This document shows positions 1 to 13,035 of a stretch of DNA of 64,000 bases, one piece after another; positions within the stretch are counted from its first letter, which is position 1, and the number at the start of each line of letters is the position of its first letter. The stretch is from the NCBI RefSeq assembly GCF_009914755.1, contig NC_060931.1. One strand, 5' to 3'. The stretch is from the human T2T-CHM13v2.0 reference genome, Homo sapiens. A program made the translations under genes and the position numbers. The notes beneath the pieces were generated by a model. It saw only the letters and a program-made list of their open reading frames with translations, was not told the DNA's origin and did not search any database.

Positions 1-2366
1 TGTTTTGGGTTTAGTTTATTCTTTTTCTAGTTTCTTGAGATGGAAGGTTATGATGTGAGATCTTTCTTTTTAATATAGGCATTTACAGCTGTAAATTTCC
101 TTCTAAGCACTGATTTAGCTGCATTCAATACATTTTGGTATGTTGTGTTTTTAGTTTCATTCATCTCAAAGTATTTTCCAGTATCCCTTGTGATTTAGTT
201 TTTGACCCATTGATTATTAAAGAATGTACTGTTTAATTTTCACAAGTGTGTGAATTTTCCAGATTTTTCTCTGCAGTTGATTTCTAACTTCATTCTCTAG
301 TGGATGAAGAATATACTTTGTATGATTTTCAGCCCATTTAAATTGAGACGTGTTTTGTGATCTAACATATGGTCTCTTCTGGAGAATATTCCATGTGCAC
401 TTGAGAAGATTGTGTTTTGCTGTTTTTGGGTGGAATGTTGTACAGCTATGTGTTAGGTCTAGTTGGTTTATAGTGTTGTTGAGTCTTCTGCTTCTTTATC
501 ATCTGTCTAGTTGTTTTACCCGTTATTGAAAGTAGGGTGTTGAAGGTCAGGTATTACTGTTCAGTTGTTTTTTTTACCTTTCATTTTCTTAGCTTTGTGC
601 AATTTGGGGACTCTTTTATTAGGGACATACGTGCTTAAAATTGTTCTATCTTCTCAATGGATTGGTCCTTCAGTCAGTATAAAATATCCTTCTTTGTGGT
701 AACAATATGTCTTTTAAGTCTGTGTTTTCTGATATTAGTGTAGCTACTTCAGCTCTCTCTTGTTTTCTGTCCTTTTTTTTCAATCTGTTTGTGTTTGTGA
801 TTCTGAAACATGTCTCATGTGGGCACCACATAGTTGGATCTTACTTTTAAAAATCCACATAGCCATTCTTTACCTTTTGATTGGAGTCCTATTATACCTG
901 AAACAGCAAAATACATTAGTTACATTTAATCTAAGTAGTGATATGATTTACACCTGTAATTTTGCTGTTTTCTACATCTTGTCTTTTTTTTTTTTTTGAG
1001 ACAGGGTCTCACTCTCACTCAGGCTGGAGTGCAGTGGCACCATCATAGCTCACTTGGTTGACAGTCTTTTTCTTTCAACATTCGAAATATGTTATCCTTT
1101 TGCTTTCGGGCCTCCATGGTTTCTGATAGGATGTCAGCTATTCTTATTTACAGTCTCTTATACATATAGTTGCTTCTCATAAGCTGCTTTCAAGATTCTC
1201 TGTTTTTGGTTTTTAACAGTTTGGTTATGTGTGGGTCTCTTTGATTTTATCTTATTCAGTTTGTTGAGCTTTGATGTTGATACTAATGTTTTTCTTCAAA
1301 TTTGGGAAGTTTTCAGTTCTGTTTCTTCAAATATACATTCTGCCCCTTCCTTCCTAAACCCACCCCTTTTCTCCTTCCCTCCCTTACTTCATGTTTGATT
1401 TTGTTCTGTAGGTCTCTGGCTCTGTTCATTTTTCTTTCTTTACTTAAATTGGTTAATGTTATTTAACCCATTTTCAGGTTTGGTGATTCTTTTTTCTGCA
1501 AGCTGCAATCCTTCGTTGAGCTTCTCTAGTGAATACTTTTATTTATTATATTTTTTAACTCCAGAATTTTTAAAAAATTATCTTTTTTGATATTATCTAT
1601 TTGATGAACATTGTTTTCATACTTGACAGTTTATTAGACTTTTCTTTAGTTCTTTGAACATATCTAAAATAGCAGGTTTAAAGTATTTGTTTAATGTCTG
1701 GGCTTTCTCAGGGACTGTTGCTTTTTTCCCCTGTACATGGGCCATGCAGTTTTGAGTTTTTTTTGCAAGGCTCATACTTTTCTCTTGAATACTAGACATT
1801 TTAAATATTTCAAATAATACAGTGTGGCAGCTCTGGAAATCAGATTCTCCCTTCTCTGCAGGGTTTATTGTTGTTGCTTTTTGTTATTTGCTTAGTTCCT
1901 TTTCGAACTAATTCTGTGAAGTTAATTTTTGCCATATGTTGTCACTGAAATCTCTGCTTGGTTATCTTAGTGGTCACTTGTGAGTGGGCCTTTAGGGACT
2001 ACCAGACACATCAAATAATGACAGCAGTTTGAGAGTGAGGCTTTGAAAGCATTCCATGATTGTTCTGTTTTTTTCCAGTTGCCACTAGGCTGCTGGTTTT
2101 TACTGTGATTGTGTGCTGATGGTTTTCAAGGCTACTGTAGAGGTAGAGAGATGACAATGGGCAAGTTAAAATGCAAGAGCTGCTGTTTTTACCAAGGCTC
2201 AGCCCCTTGTCTTGAATCAGCATTACCTGGATTCCTGCAAGCTTTTAGTTAATTTCCAGAATTTTAAGTTAAGTTGATTTGAACAGTTTGTGTCAGTTTT
2301 CTCCTTGCTTTTAATGAAGCAGAATTTTCTGAAGTATTTACTCCACCAATTTCTTTGATGTTCTCC
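1..2366 (-). mobile_element. Old L1 (L1MC/L1MD-like) 5' part: ORF2 endonuclease region, ORF1 and 5'UTR, degraded
   Basis: T-rich antisense L1 motifs (aatttccttctaagcactg, ttccatgtgcacttgagaag, gttattgaaagtagggtgttgaag); collinear with the element at 39218-43045. Confidence 0.8.
985..1054 (-). mobile_element. Alu fragment
   Basis: polyT + gagacagggtctcactc...caggctggagtgcagtggc. Confidence 0.8.
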
Positions 2367-2636
2367 TGTGACAAGTGTTTAAGAATGTTTTTCTAGTCAA
2401 TATATCATTATCTGTCCATGCATATTTTTCTAAAACCTTACTTTTAATGGCTGCCTGGTATTTTAATACATGGAGGTACTGTAATACAATTTTAGTTTCA
2501 CTTGTCTTTAGAACTCATCAAAAATTGTTACAATTTTTTACTATTATGAGCAGTGCTTTGTTGAATATTCTTTTATCTTAATCATGTATGATTCTCAAGA
2601 CTATCCATTTCTGGAAGTGGAATTTGTTGAATTTAA

Positions 2637-3075
<439 letters not shown>

Positions 3076-3078
3076 TCA

Positions 3079-3362
3079 TTTTATTTTTTTAACTTTTGGA
3101 GACAGAGTCTCGCTCTGTCGCCCAGGCTGGAGTGCTGTAGCACCATCCTGGCTCACTGCATCCTCTGCCTCCCAGGTTCAAGCAATTCTCGTGCCTCAGC
3201 TTCCTGAGGAGCTGGGACTACCTGGCTAATTTTTTGTATTTTAGTAGAGACAGGATTTCACCATGTTGCCCAGGGTGGTCTTGAACTCCTGAGCTCAGGC
3301 AGTCCACCCGCCTCGGACTCCCAAAGTGCTAGGATTACAGGAGTGAGCCACCACACTCAGCC
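3079..3362 (-). mobile_element. Alu (AluJb-like)
   Basis: Antisense dimer directly following the previous Alu. Confidence 0.9.
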
Positions 3363-3413
3363 TAATACTTATTTTATTTTTTTCTTTTTTTAAGAGATGA
3401 GGTTCTATCTAGA

Positions 3414-3695
3414 GGTGATGGGAGACAGTGACAGATCATCAGGCATTAGATTCTCATAAGGACTGCGCAACCTAGATCCCTTGAATGAACAGTTCACAAT
3501 AGGGTTCACTCTCCAATGAGAATCTAATGCTGCCGCTGATCTGACAGGTGCCAGAGCTCAGGCGGTAATACGAGAGGCTGGAGATACAGATAAAGCTTCA
3601 GTTGCTTGCCCGCCACTTACCTCCTCTTGTGCGGCCCAGTTCCTAACAGGCCACAGACCGCTACCAGTCCATGGCCTGGAAGTTGGGGACCCCTC
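3414..3695 (+). mobile_element. MER1 (MER1A-like) hAT-Charlie MITE, partial
   Basis: gatcatcaggcattagattctcataagga...aacctagatccc...gttggggacccct; homologous to 30212-30528. Confidence 0.82.
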
Positions 3696-4194
3696 TACTG
3701 GGATATTTATAATTGCATATGTGGTTACCTAATATTTCCATGATACAACACTGGTCTAGATTCTAGGCCATTCTCCTTCAAAAAGAACCCTGCTTCCTTA
3801 CAGTTTTACTGTTTAGCAGCAATGTTTTCTACCCCTTCTTAAAATTTTCAGCTACCACACCCCTGTTTTGTTCTAATATTAAAGATGACATCTAACACTC
3901 AATTTTTCTTTCTGCTCCAAGCTCCATCATCATTCTGGGACATTTTTGGCCCATGTGTAAGACACTTTCAGTAAGTTAGCTTCAGTTTCTTGACTGTGCT
4001 TGAGCCATCCTTTTTTTTCTCTCTCTGTCTCATCTGAGAGCCATCCTTTTAATAGCCCTATGGAGGAATGGGTGGGAAGAAAAAATATTTAAAAGTAAAA
4101 TATTAAAAAAAGAAATAATAACCCTGTGGGGCTATCATCTGCAACTTATGTTCCACTTCTAAAATCTTAATTGTATAGTCCATTTTAACCATAA

Positions 4195-4500
<306 letters not shown>

Positions 4501-5713
4501 AACTTATTTTTTTACTGTCTTCTTTACTTCCTGCCTTCCATCCTTGATCCTCTCCATTTTCATTCACTGAATTACTTCATCTGTATTTGTCATCTCTCTT
4601 GGTCTTGTACTTTTGTGTACCCTTCCTGCAAAGCAAGTTTCAAATGACTCCTACAGCCAATTTTATTGTACTCAAGTTATGGATTGCTACTGGAGGAAAA
4701 GATCACATGGCTTCAGGGATACAGTCAAAGATTTATGGTCTTCAGCCTTAACCAGGTGGACAAAATTGCTTGGATGGCTGTTACGTATTCCTAGTCTCTC
4801 TCTCTATTCTTATGGTTGCTGTTTCACATCTTTACTTCTTAAAATCCCCTACTTCTCTTCTCTTTTTTTTTGGGATTTTCAAGTTGTTTTATATCTGGTA
4901 CTTAGGGAAAATCCTGTCCTTCATTCCATAAATGTTATCTGTGTCCTTACTTAACTTTGTCTGCTACTTGGTGTTTTCTATTAGCATTCACACAAATAGA
5001 ACCATCTGCCTTTTTTTTTTTTTAAGTGCTTAAAACTCTTGACCTTGTATTTTCTGGCTGCTATCCTGTTGTTCTTCTCTTCAAAGATAAGCATTAAAAA
5101 AAATTGCTTATACTCACCTCCTGTAGTTTTTTTTTCTGCTTATTTATTTCCAGTCTGCCTTCTTCCCCTATCTTTCCATTGATACAGCTTTGAGAGTGGT
5201 TTCCAATGACAATAAGTAGATTTTTCTGTATCCTTAGATTGACCAATCCAGAGCATTTGGTATAGTTAACCACTTCTTGAGGGGGCTGCTACAGTTGACC
5301 TCCTTTGAAATGCTTCTGGGAACTCTTTGATTCTTCTTTTCTCTCAGCTTTTCCTAGGTTTGTTTAGGTGATTATGATGGGATGTTGGTGTTGCTTCTTG
5401 GCCTGCTTCCTACTCTGTATGCTGTATTTGGATTCATATCCATGGCCTTGATACCATTTAAATGTTGATTACTTAAGATATTCATTATCTGTCTAACCTA
5501 GATGTTTCTAGCATTTCTAACCTTTATATATACAACTGCCTACTAGACATTGTCTTCCCAAAGTCCACCTTAACTCAGATGATTTCTACTTTTAACAGTT
5601 GGTACTCACCATTCATCTTAATTGCTCAAGCCCAAATTAAGAAATCTGAATTTTATCACCCTTCTACAAGTTAGTTACAGAGATCTGTCATTTCATGTCT
5701 TTAATATCTAACC

Positions 5714-6016
5714 TAGCATTGTCCAATAGCAATTTGATGCAAGCCACATATGTAATTAAGCTTTCATAATAACCACATTTAAAAAGTAAACAGGTGAAAC
5801 TAACTTTAGTTTTATATTTTATGTAATTGGGATATCTAAAATTTTATTTCAACATGCAATCAGTATAAAATTATTAATAAGATATTTTTGATTCTTATAC
5901 TAAGTCTTTAAAATATGATATTTTACACTTACAGCACATCTTAATTCAGACTAGCTACATTTCGAGTACTCAGTAGCCACATGTAGCTAGTGGCTACCTT
6001 AATGGCTAGTAGAGTT
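5714..6016 (-). mobile_element. MER33-like hAT-Charlie element inside an L2 fragment
   Basis: gcattgtccaatag...agccacatgtagctagtggctacc; reverse homolog of 45410-45692. Confidence 0.75.
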
Positions 6017-6019
6017 CTA

Positions 6020-6753
6020 ACCTATATTTCTCTTTATCCTTACTACCTCTATCTTGGTTCAAGCCTTTATTTTTCCCCTGAGCAGCTGGAGCAGCTCTTG
6101 GGGATTACTACCATTTTCTCCTCCAGTTCATCATCAATATTCTTGTCAGTAGTAATTTTCTAAAGTATGAATGTGACTCTGCATGTGAATTCATGTGATT
6201 GTGCATTCCTCTTTGTATCTTTAGTGTTCTTCCTAAGCTTTCAAGATGAAGTCTAAGTTCCTAAGTATGGCCAACAAAGTCCTTCCTCATCTGACTTTTG
6301 CTTAACTTTCCTAAGCTATAGTTCCTTGATCCTAAAAATGAGTTGTATTGAACTGTTTGTAGTTCCTATAAGGAACCATACGCTCTTCTTGCTTTTGGGC
6401 CTTTGCAGTTAATAACTCAACTGACTGAGACCCATATTCTCCAGCTCCCACCCTCATCTGTCATCAAATTAAGGTCTACTAGTCAGTCCTTCAGTATCTA
6501 AAGGATCTGATCCCAGGATAGGATGAAACACCCTTCCTTGTTTGCTCTTATATATCCTTCTGTGCTTTCCTGTATCAGGGCATTTATCACTGAATTATTT
6601 TAATTGTCCTCTAGCTTATCTCACCTCCCTATTAGATTCTTAGCTTCTTGAGCAGGGATCTTGTTTTTATTAGCTTTTATATTCCTGTTTACTAGAACAC
6701 ACATATATGCTTGGCATATTGTAAGTATGTTGAATGAATGAGTGAAGGAATGA
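6020..6753 (+). mobile_element. L2 3' fragment
   Basis: Ends ...tattagattcttagcttcttgagcagggatcttg...gttgaatgaatgagtgaa (L2 tail). Confidence 0.65.
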
Positions 6754-8426
6754 GGTAAGTCTAGGAAGTTAAGATCTGAACTCTAAGTTCAGAGCAAAGA
6801 AAAATTGATTTAAATTTTAAGTTATCTCATTCTTGTATGTATTTATAGAGTTAAATATTAGAATCTTTTTAACAGATTAACTGAGAATCCAGAATAGGAT
6901 TAAGAAAATAAAAGTTGGTTCTGTCAGTACCCAGTTGTTCATATCAGTAAAAAGAGGAGAGCTGGGGGCATGCTAAATAGGTTATGAACCTTTAAAATAG
7001 TTGAGGGATGAGGAACATAAAAACTGATATTTAGGACATGCCTATGTAATCTTGTAATATTTTAGTTTTCATATTATATTAAATCTAGAATCTAGGCATT
7101 TTTAGACCAGTTATACTTAAAATATTTAAAACATTTAAATGGCAAATGAATTTCTTTAACTTTTCCCTTAGGCTGTATGAGAGATGGTAGGAATTTGACT
7201 AAGCAAGTACCAGACACATATCTGTGTATGATATAAGGCTTTTGTTAGGAATACTAAGGAGTTGAGAAGTAAACTTCTGCATTAATATCTTTTCCTTTTG
7301 TAGTCTGTGGTTGTTTTTCATATTTAGAATTACTTACACTTTAGGAGAAACATACTTCGTCAGTGTGTAAAACAATATGCTATATATATGTATATTTATA
7401 TATATATATATTTTTTAAAATCCAAAGGGAGGCAGATTGGAGTTATTTAGAAAAGATCAATGGCTATTTTTGAAATACAAAGTTACTAATGTAAACCTTG
7501 GATTTTTGTAGCTTGATGTTTAAACTGCAAATAGAATTTGGGTGTGTTAAGGTAATTTGAGGTGCGCATTATAATCCCTAGTCATTTTAGTTTTTTATTA
7601 AACATCTCATTTTGTAATGATATTGGGAAGTTGAAGGTTTGTAGTTCCTTCTAGGGTTGTTTTTCTCAAATTCTGATTTTTATTAGGCATCCATTCTGTT
7701 ACAAACTCCCCTTGATCAATTTTTTGTTACTAAAAAGCATATTTAATAGTTTTCAAAATAAGTTGCTGCTTTTTCCTATTGGAAAATTTTTATCTACTGG
7801 AAAATTTGTTGAAAATTAGTATTCAGAGTTTTAAAAATGGTAATGGCATTTTAGATAGCAAGATTTGGGTAACTTTGGAATAGGAACAAATGGCAAGAGA
7901 ACGTAAAGAATTCTTAAAGAATTTCAGTAATCTATCTATTAGAACTTGTTTGAAGCGTGCTGTTACTTGAATATATTTGTGCTGAACTAATGTAACCTTA
8001 GAAGGAAGGTTAGAACTAAGTTACCGGATATTGTATTTAAGTTGATTTTTCCATCAAACAGTGGAGTTACCGTAGTTTGATTTTTCTTAACTATGCTTTT
8101 AACATACAGATTTAACATCTAAAAGATTTTGTAAAGCATATCTAGCAGATACGCTTTTAGAAAAGATTATTTGATAAATGTTTCTTCTTAAATGACTAAT
8201 GTTTGAAATCAAGGAATACTTTAAAGACCTAGGGGTATTTTTGTAGAAGCTTGGGTGAATATGCTTTTATTTATACATACTTATAAATGCCACAATTGTA
8301 TCACTCACATCTATAAATAATGTTCCTTATCCCGAGATATTTCACACTGGCACTGTGAACATTTGTGCAGGAAAAGAATCAGTGGGTGGTTAAGTCTTTT
8401 GAATTACAGACTATGGTTGATTTTAG

Positions 8427-8798
<372 letters not shown>

Positions 8799-9344
8799 TA
8801 GTATATTTTCTAAATAGTATTTGTGCTAGGTAGCTTCAGAGCCATATTTTTGTATCTGATAGGACACTTCTATACGAATTTTGGGATGATATGTTTTTAG
8901 CCAAACCCATGTTTTATCTTTGTACAGAGTTTCTTCCTCAGAAGATGTTTTCCTGAAAGAGTAGTCATTCAGATTTTTAAAATATCTACTGTGTGTCAGC
9001 ACTTTGCTAAGAACATAGAGATGAATATGACATGGTTCTCTCCCTCTGGGAAATCAGTCATATGGGGGAACTGACAAAATGTTTAAAATAATTTTATTTT
9101 AAAAAATATTTATTATAATAATTACATGCAAATAATTGTCTACTGTAAATCATCCTAGTTACTCTTCTTTGTCACCATGTTACTGAGACTGCTCTTATTT
9201 TTTAAGTTACCAGTGACCTTATTTCCAAATTTTATCAGTATGTCTGTTTCTGTAATGGTATCTTTCTCTGTAGCATTCAGCATAGTTAAGTGAATCCTCC
9301 ATCCCTGAGATGATCTTGGTTTTCTTCCTGTCTCCACTGACTGA

Positions 9345-9677
<333 letters not shown>

Positions 9678-9787
9678 GACCTCCTGTTTATCTATAGTCT
9701 GTCTTTGGGAATCCAATCCTGTTTCAATAGTATCTGCATGGCGATGATTCCTAAATCTATATTTTCAGCACCAACCAACCATGAAAT

Positions 9788-9925
9788 TTCTCACTCTGTT
9801 GTCCAGGCTGGAGTGTAGTGGCATGATCACAGCTCACTGAAGCCTCAACCTCCTGGGCTAAAGCAATCCTCTCGCCTTGGCCTCCCAAAGTTTGGAATTA
9901 CAAGCATGAACCGCTCTGGATGGCT
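9788..9925 (-). mobile_element. Alu monomer (FLAM-like)
   Basis: tctcactctgttgtccaggctgg...ggcctcccaaagt. Confidence 0.78.
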
Positions 9926-10128
9926 GAGAGCTATCTTTAAAACAGTAATCAGGTCACTTGCCTATGAAAAACTCTCTAGTGTCTTCCTATCATGCCTAAA
10001 ATAACATCCATATACTTCCTACTTTGGCTGAGTCCCAAATGATCAGGCCCCTGCTTGCCTCCCTGACCTCATTTCCTATCACTCATCCCCTTGTCCACTA
10101 CTTCACTTCATTATAGTTCATGGACCTT

Positions 10129-10398
10129 CTTTTTTTTTTTTTTTTTTTTTTTTGGAGACGGAGTCTCGCTCTGTCATCCAGGCAGGAGTGCAATGGCACG
10201 ATCTCGGCTCACTGCAGCTTCCACCCCCTAGGCAGGTTCAGGCCATTCTCCTGCCTCAGCCTCCCGAATGGCTGGGATTACAGGCACACATTGTCAGTCC
10301 CGGCTAATTTTTTGTATTTTTTAGTAGAGACGGGGTTTCACCATGTTGCCCAGGCTGGTCTCAAACTCCTGACCTCAGGCAATCCACCTGTCTCGGCT
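10129..10398 (-). mobile_element. Alu, 5'-truncated
   Basis: Long polyT followed by antisense dimer ending at tctcggc. Confidence 0.9.
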
Positions 10399-10906
10399 TT
10401 CTTTTTACTCTTGGAAATACCAAGTTCATCCCCACTTTAGGGCCTACCCCTTTGCCTGGAATGGTTTCCCGCTTTCCACAATTTTAAAATAATACTGTGT
10501 GCCAAAGACTGTTCTTGTTGCTAAGGATAAAGCAGTGAATAAGAGACAAGGGCAGACCCTGAGTCATTTTTGTTATACCTCTTATCTGATGAGTTCCTTC
10601 AAGGTGCAGTCTAAAATACTGTATTCTTTGAAACTACTGGTGCAACTTGCTCTCAGTAGCTTCCTTTTTTGATGTACCATTTATGTAATTCATTCAATCT
10701 CTGCGTTGATGGAGCTTACATTGCGGGCAGGGTGGAGGTCACAGTAAACAAGTTGGGTAAAATGTGTGTTGGATAATGGCAAGAGCTAAGAAGAAGCATA
10801 CAGCAGGCAGCAAAGTGCTAAGGTGAGGAGTGGGGTCGTAATTTTAAATAAGGTGATTAGGGCAGGCCTTTTTGAAGGTGACATTTGAGTAATAAAAATA
10901 ATCTGT

Positions 10907-11197
10907 GGCTGGGCTCGGTGGCTTACGCCTGTAATCCCAGCACTTTGGGAGGCCAAGGCGGGTGGATCATGAGGTCAGGAGTTCAAGACCAGCCTGGCCA
11001 AGATGGTGAAACCCCATCTCTACTAAAAATACAAAAATTAGCCGGGTGTGGTGGCACATGCCTGTAATCCCAGCTACTTGGGAGGCTGAGGCAGGGAATT
11101 GCTTGAACCTCGGAAAGAGGTTGCAGTGAGCCGAGATCGCGCCACTGCCCCCCAGCCTGGGCAACACAGTGAAATTCTGTCTCAAAAAAAAAAAAAC
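10907..11197 (+). mobile_element. Alu (AluSg-like)
   Basis: ggctgggctcggtggcttacgcctgtaatccc...polyA. Confidence 0.92.
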
Positions 11198-11375
11198 TAT
11201 TCCAAATAAAAAAAGCAACAAGTGCAAAAGCCATGAAGTGATAGTATGCACTGTATGTTTGGGGGGTAGTTAGGGATTCAGTGTTGGGGAAAGTGAAGTG
11301 AGCAAGGGGAGGAAGTGTAGCAGGAGATGAGGCCAGAAGTAAGAGTAGAGCCAGATCTTGCTAGGCTTTGTTGGC

Positions 11376-11550
11376 TAGTGGCTTTCATTGGTACACATTG
11401 GAACTACTTGAGGAGCTTTAAAAAATACTGATGGATGGGTTTCGCTTGCAGAGATTAATGTAATTGATCTGGAGGTGCAGCTGAGACATTAGGATTTTAT
11501 AAAAGCTCCCCCAAGTGATTCTAAGATGCTGCTAAGGTAGAGAAACACTG
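11376..11550. mobile_element. MER5-family (MER5B-like) MITE
   Basis: ggagctttaaaaaatactgatg...aaaagctcccccaagtgattctaa...gagaaacactg. Confidence 0.7.
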
Positions 11551-12325
11551 TAGGCCATCATTGGGACTTCGGCTTTTACTTTTGAGGAAGTTCGGAAGTC
11601 ATTGGATGATTTTGTCATGGAATAATTTTGTAATTAACTTTAAAACTGGGGTTTTGTTTATTACATTTAATTACCTTAACTATAAAACGGACTCCAGTTG
11701 TTTGAAGTGGGTTGTGATATAACTCATAGATTTGTATCAGTATAAAAATGCACACTTTTCACAGTTTGGCCAAGGATTATCTATTTTATTTTCTGTGCTT
11801 CATTAGTTGCCTTTTAGTTTTCACAGTTCACATATGTCTCCTCTTTCCATCTGTTTCTGCTTATCATCTTTAGCTTCCTTCCTTTTCCTGTATCTAAATG
11901 TCTACATTTCTTTAAATTCTGGACTTCAGTTTAATTAATAGAACTTGAAATACAGCATTGTATAAAAAGGTTTTAACCAAAACATTTGCATTTGTCTGAT
12001 CTGAGCTGTCTTAATCCAGTGACTGACAAAGCAAAATTGCATGAAATTTACATTTTTTTTCTTCTTGTAATTTAAAACTTGGTTCCTGTATACCTTCCTG
12101 GATCTTTATACTTTTGTATCTTTTCTACCATTTCTGTAAAACCTCAACTGCAGGGTGCAATAATGGGCCTTATTTTCTATATTTCAGCAGGACAGTTGCT
12201 GAAAATGGGTTTAAACTCACTGGCATTATATCCCACACAAAAATATATTACTTTGACATGTTTAGAAAAAAGTCTGCCTTTAATTTCTTTGTAATTTACC
12301 TCTAATTTGTTGAGTTACATGTAAG

Positions 12326-12490
12326 TAACTTTTTTTTCCCCTCTGTCTTGCTGTGTTTCAATGGATTTGCCTCTCCTGTTTGGACTGAATATGTCATTAC
12401 AATTCTTGGAATTCTTTGTTTACTGTTCCTCTGTGGATTTCTTCTGTTGGAATCTGGAACACTGGAATGATGGAAATGTGTTCTTTACAA
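12326..12490 (+). promoter_or_regulatory. AG-exclusion zone (165 nt) with putative distant branch point (A12328) and adjacent polypyrimidine tract for the microexon
   Basis: No AG dinucleotide between 12324-12325 and 12491-12492. The zone opens with gTAAc followed by ttttttttcccctctgtcttgctgtgtttc. Confidence 0.7.
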
Positions 12491-12492
12491 AG

Positions 12493-12497
12493 TAGCT
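12493..12497 (+). CDS. SEPTIN7: SEPTIN7 exon 2, 5-nt microexon TAGCT (completes Val-Ala)
   Basis: ttctttacaaag|TAGCT|gtgagt. Supplies the bases needed between exon 1 (recalled to end ...ATG G) and exon 3 (CAA CAG) to give M-V-A-Q-Q. Strong GTGAGT donor. Confidence 0.88.
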
Positions 12498-13003
12498 GTG
12501 AGTATACTACATAATTTATAGAGTTTTTTTCAGTCTCAGTTAACTTAAATTTAATTTATAGTTGGATGAAATATGAGCCAAGGAAACCTTAGGTTTAATG
12601 CATATTTCTAACTCCACTCATAGCAGACTTTCAAATATTTGACTTAAAAATGTTAGATTCTGATTAGTCTCCTAATTATTATGTTTATAGTTAGCTTTTC
12701 ATTTTAATGGGCTTCGTTTTTAAAATTTGGCTTAAGAATTAGTTTTATGAAATGAACAAAAGAGCCAAAGATTATGGATGGAATATTTAGCTACATGACT
12801 AGTAAACATTGTAGACTTCTGTTCTTTGTTAAATCCAAATGTATTGAATTGATGTTTTGATCCCATGATTGCTTTTTAAATGAGAATTTAAATGTGGCAG
12901 AAACTTTTAAGAGAATGTGTGCCTCTTTTTGCTATTTTTTAATGTTGAGATAAGACTGCCTCCAAAGTAAAATTAACCAATGAGACTCTGCTTATTCAAA
13001 TAG

Positions 13004-13035
13004 TCTTAACTACGGACAGCATTTCTCACCCATGG
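13004..13035 (+). other. Candidate 32-nt alternative or poison exon in SEPTIN7 intron 2
   Basis: ctctgcttattcaaatag|TCTTAACTACGGACAGCATTTCTCACCCATGG|gtaagt; perfect donor hexamer, modest acceptor, same length class (3n+2) as the microexon. Confidence 0.4.

Noticed and set aside
11985-12035. Small hairpin tttgc-atttgtc...gacaaa-gcaaa as miRNA or snoRNA
   Set aside because: Only about 14 bp with internal loops and no properly arranged C/D boxes; could be chance.
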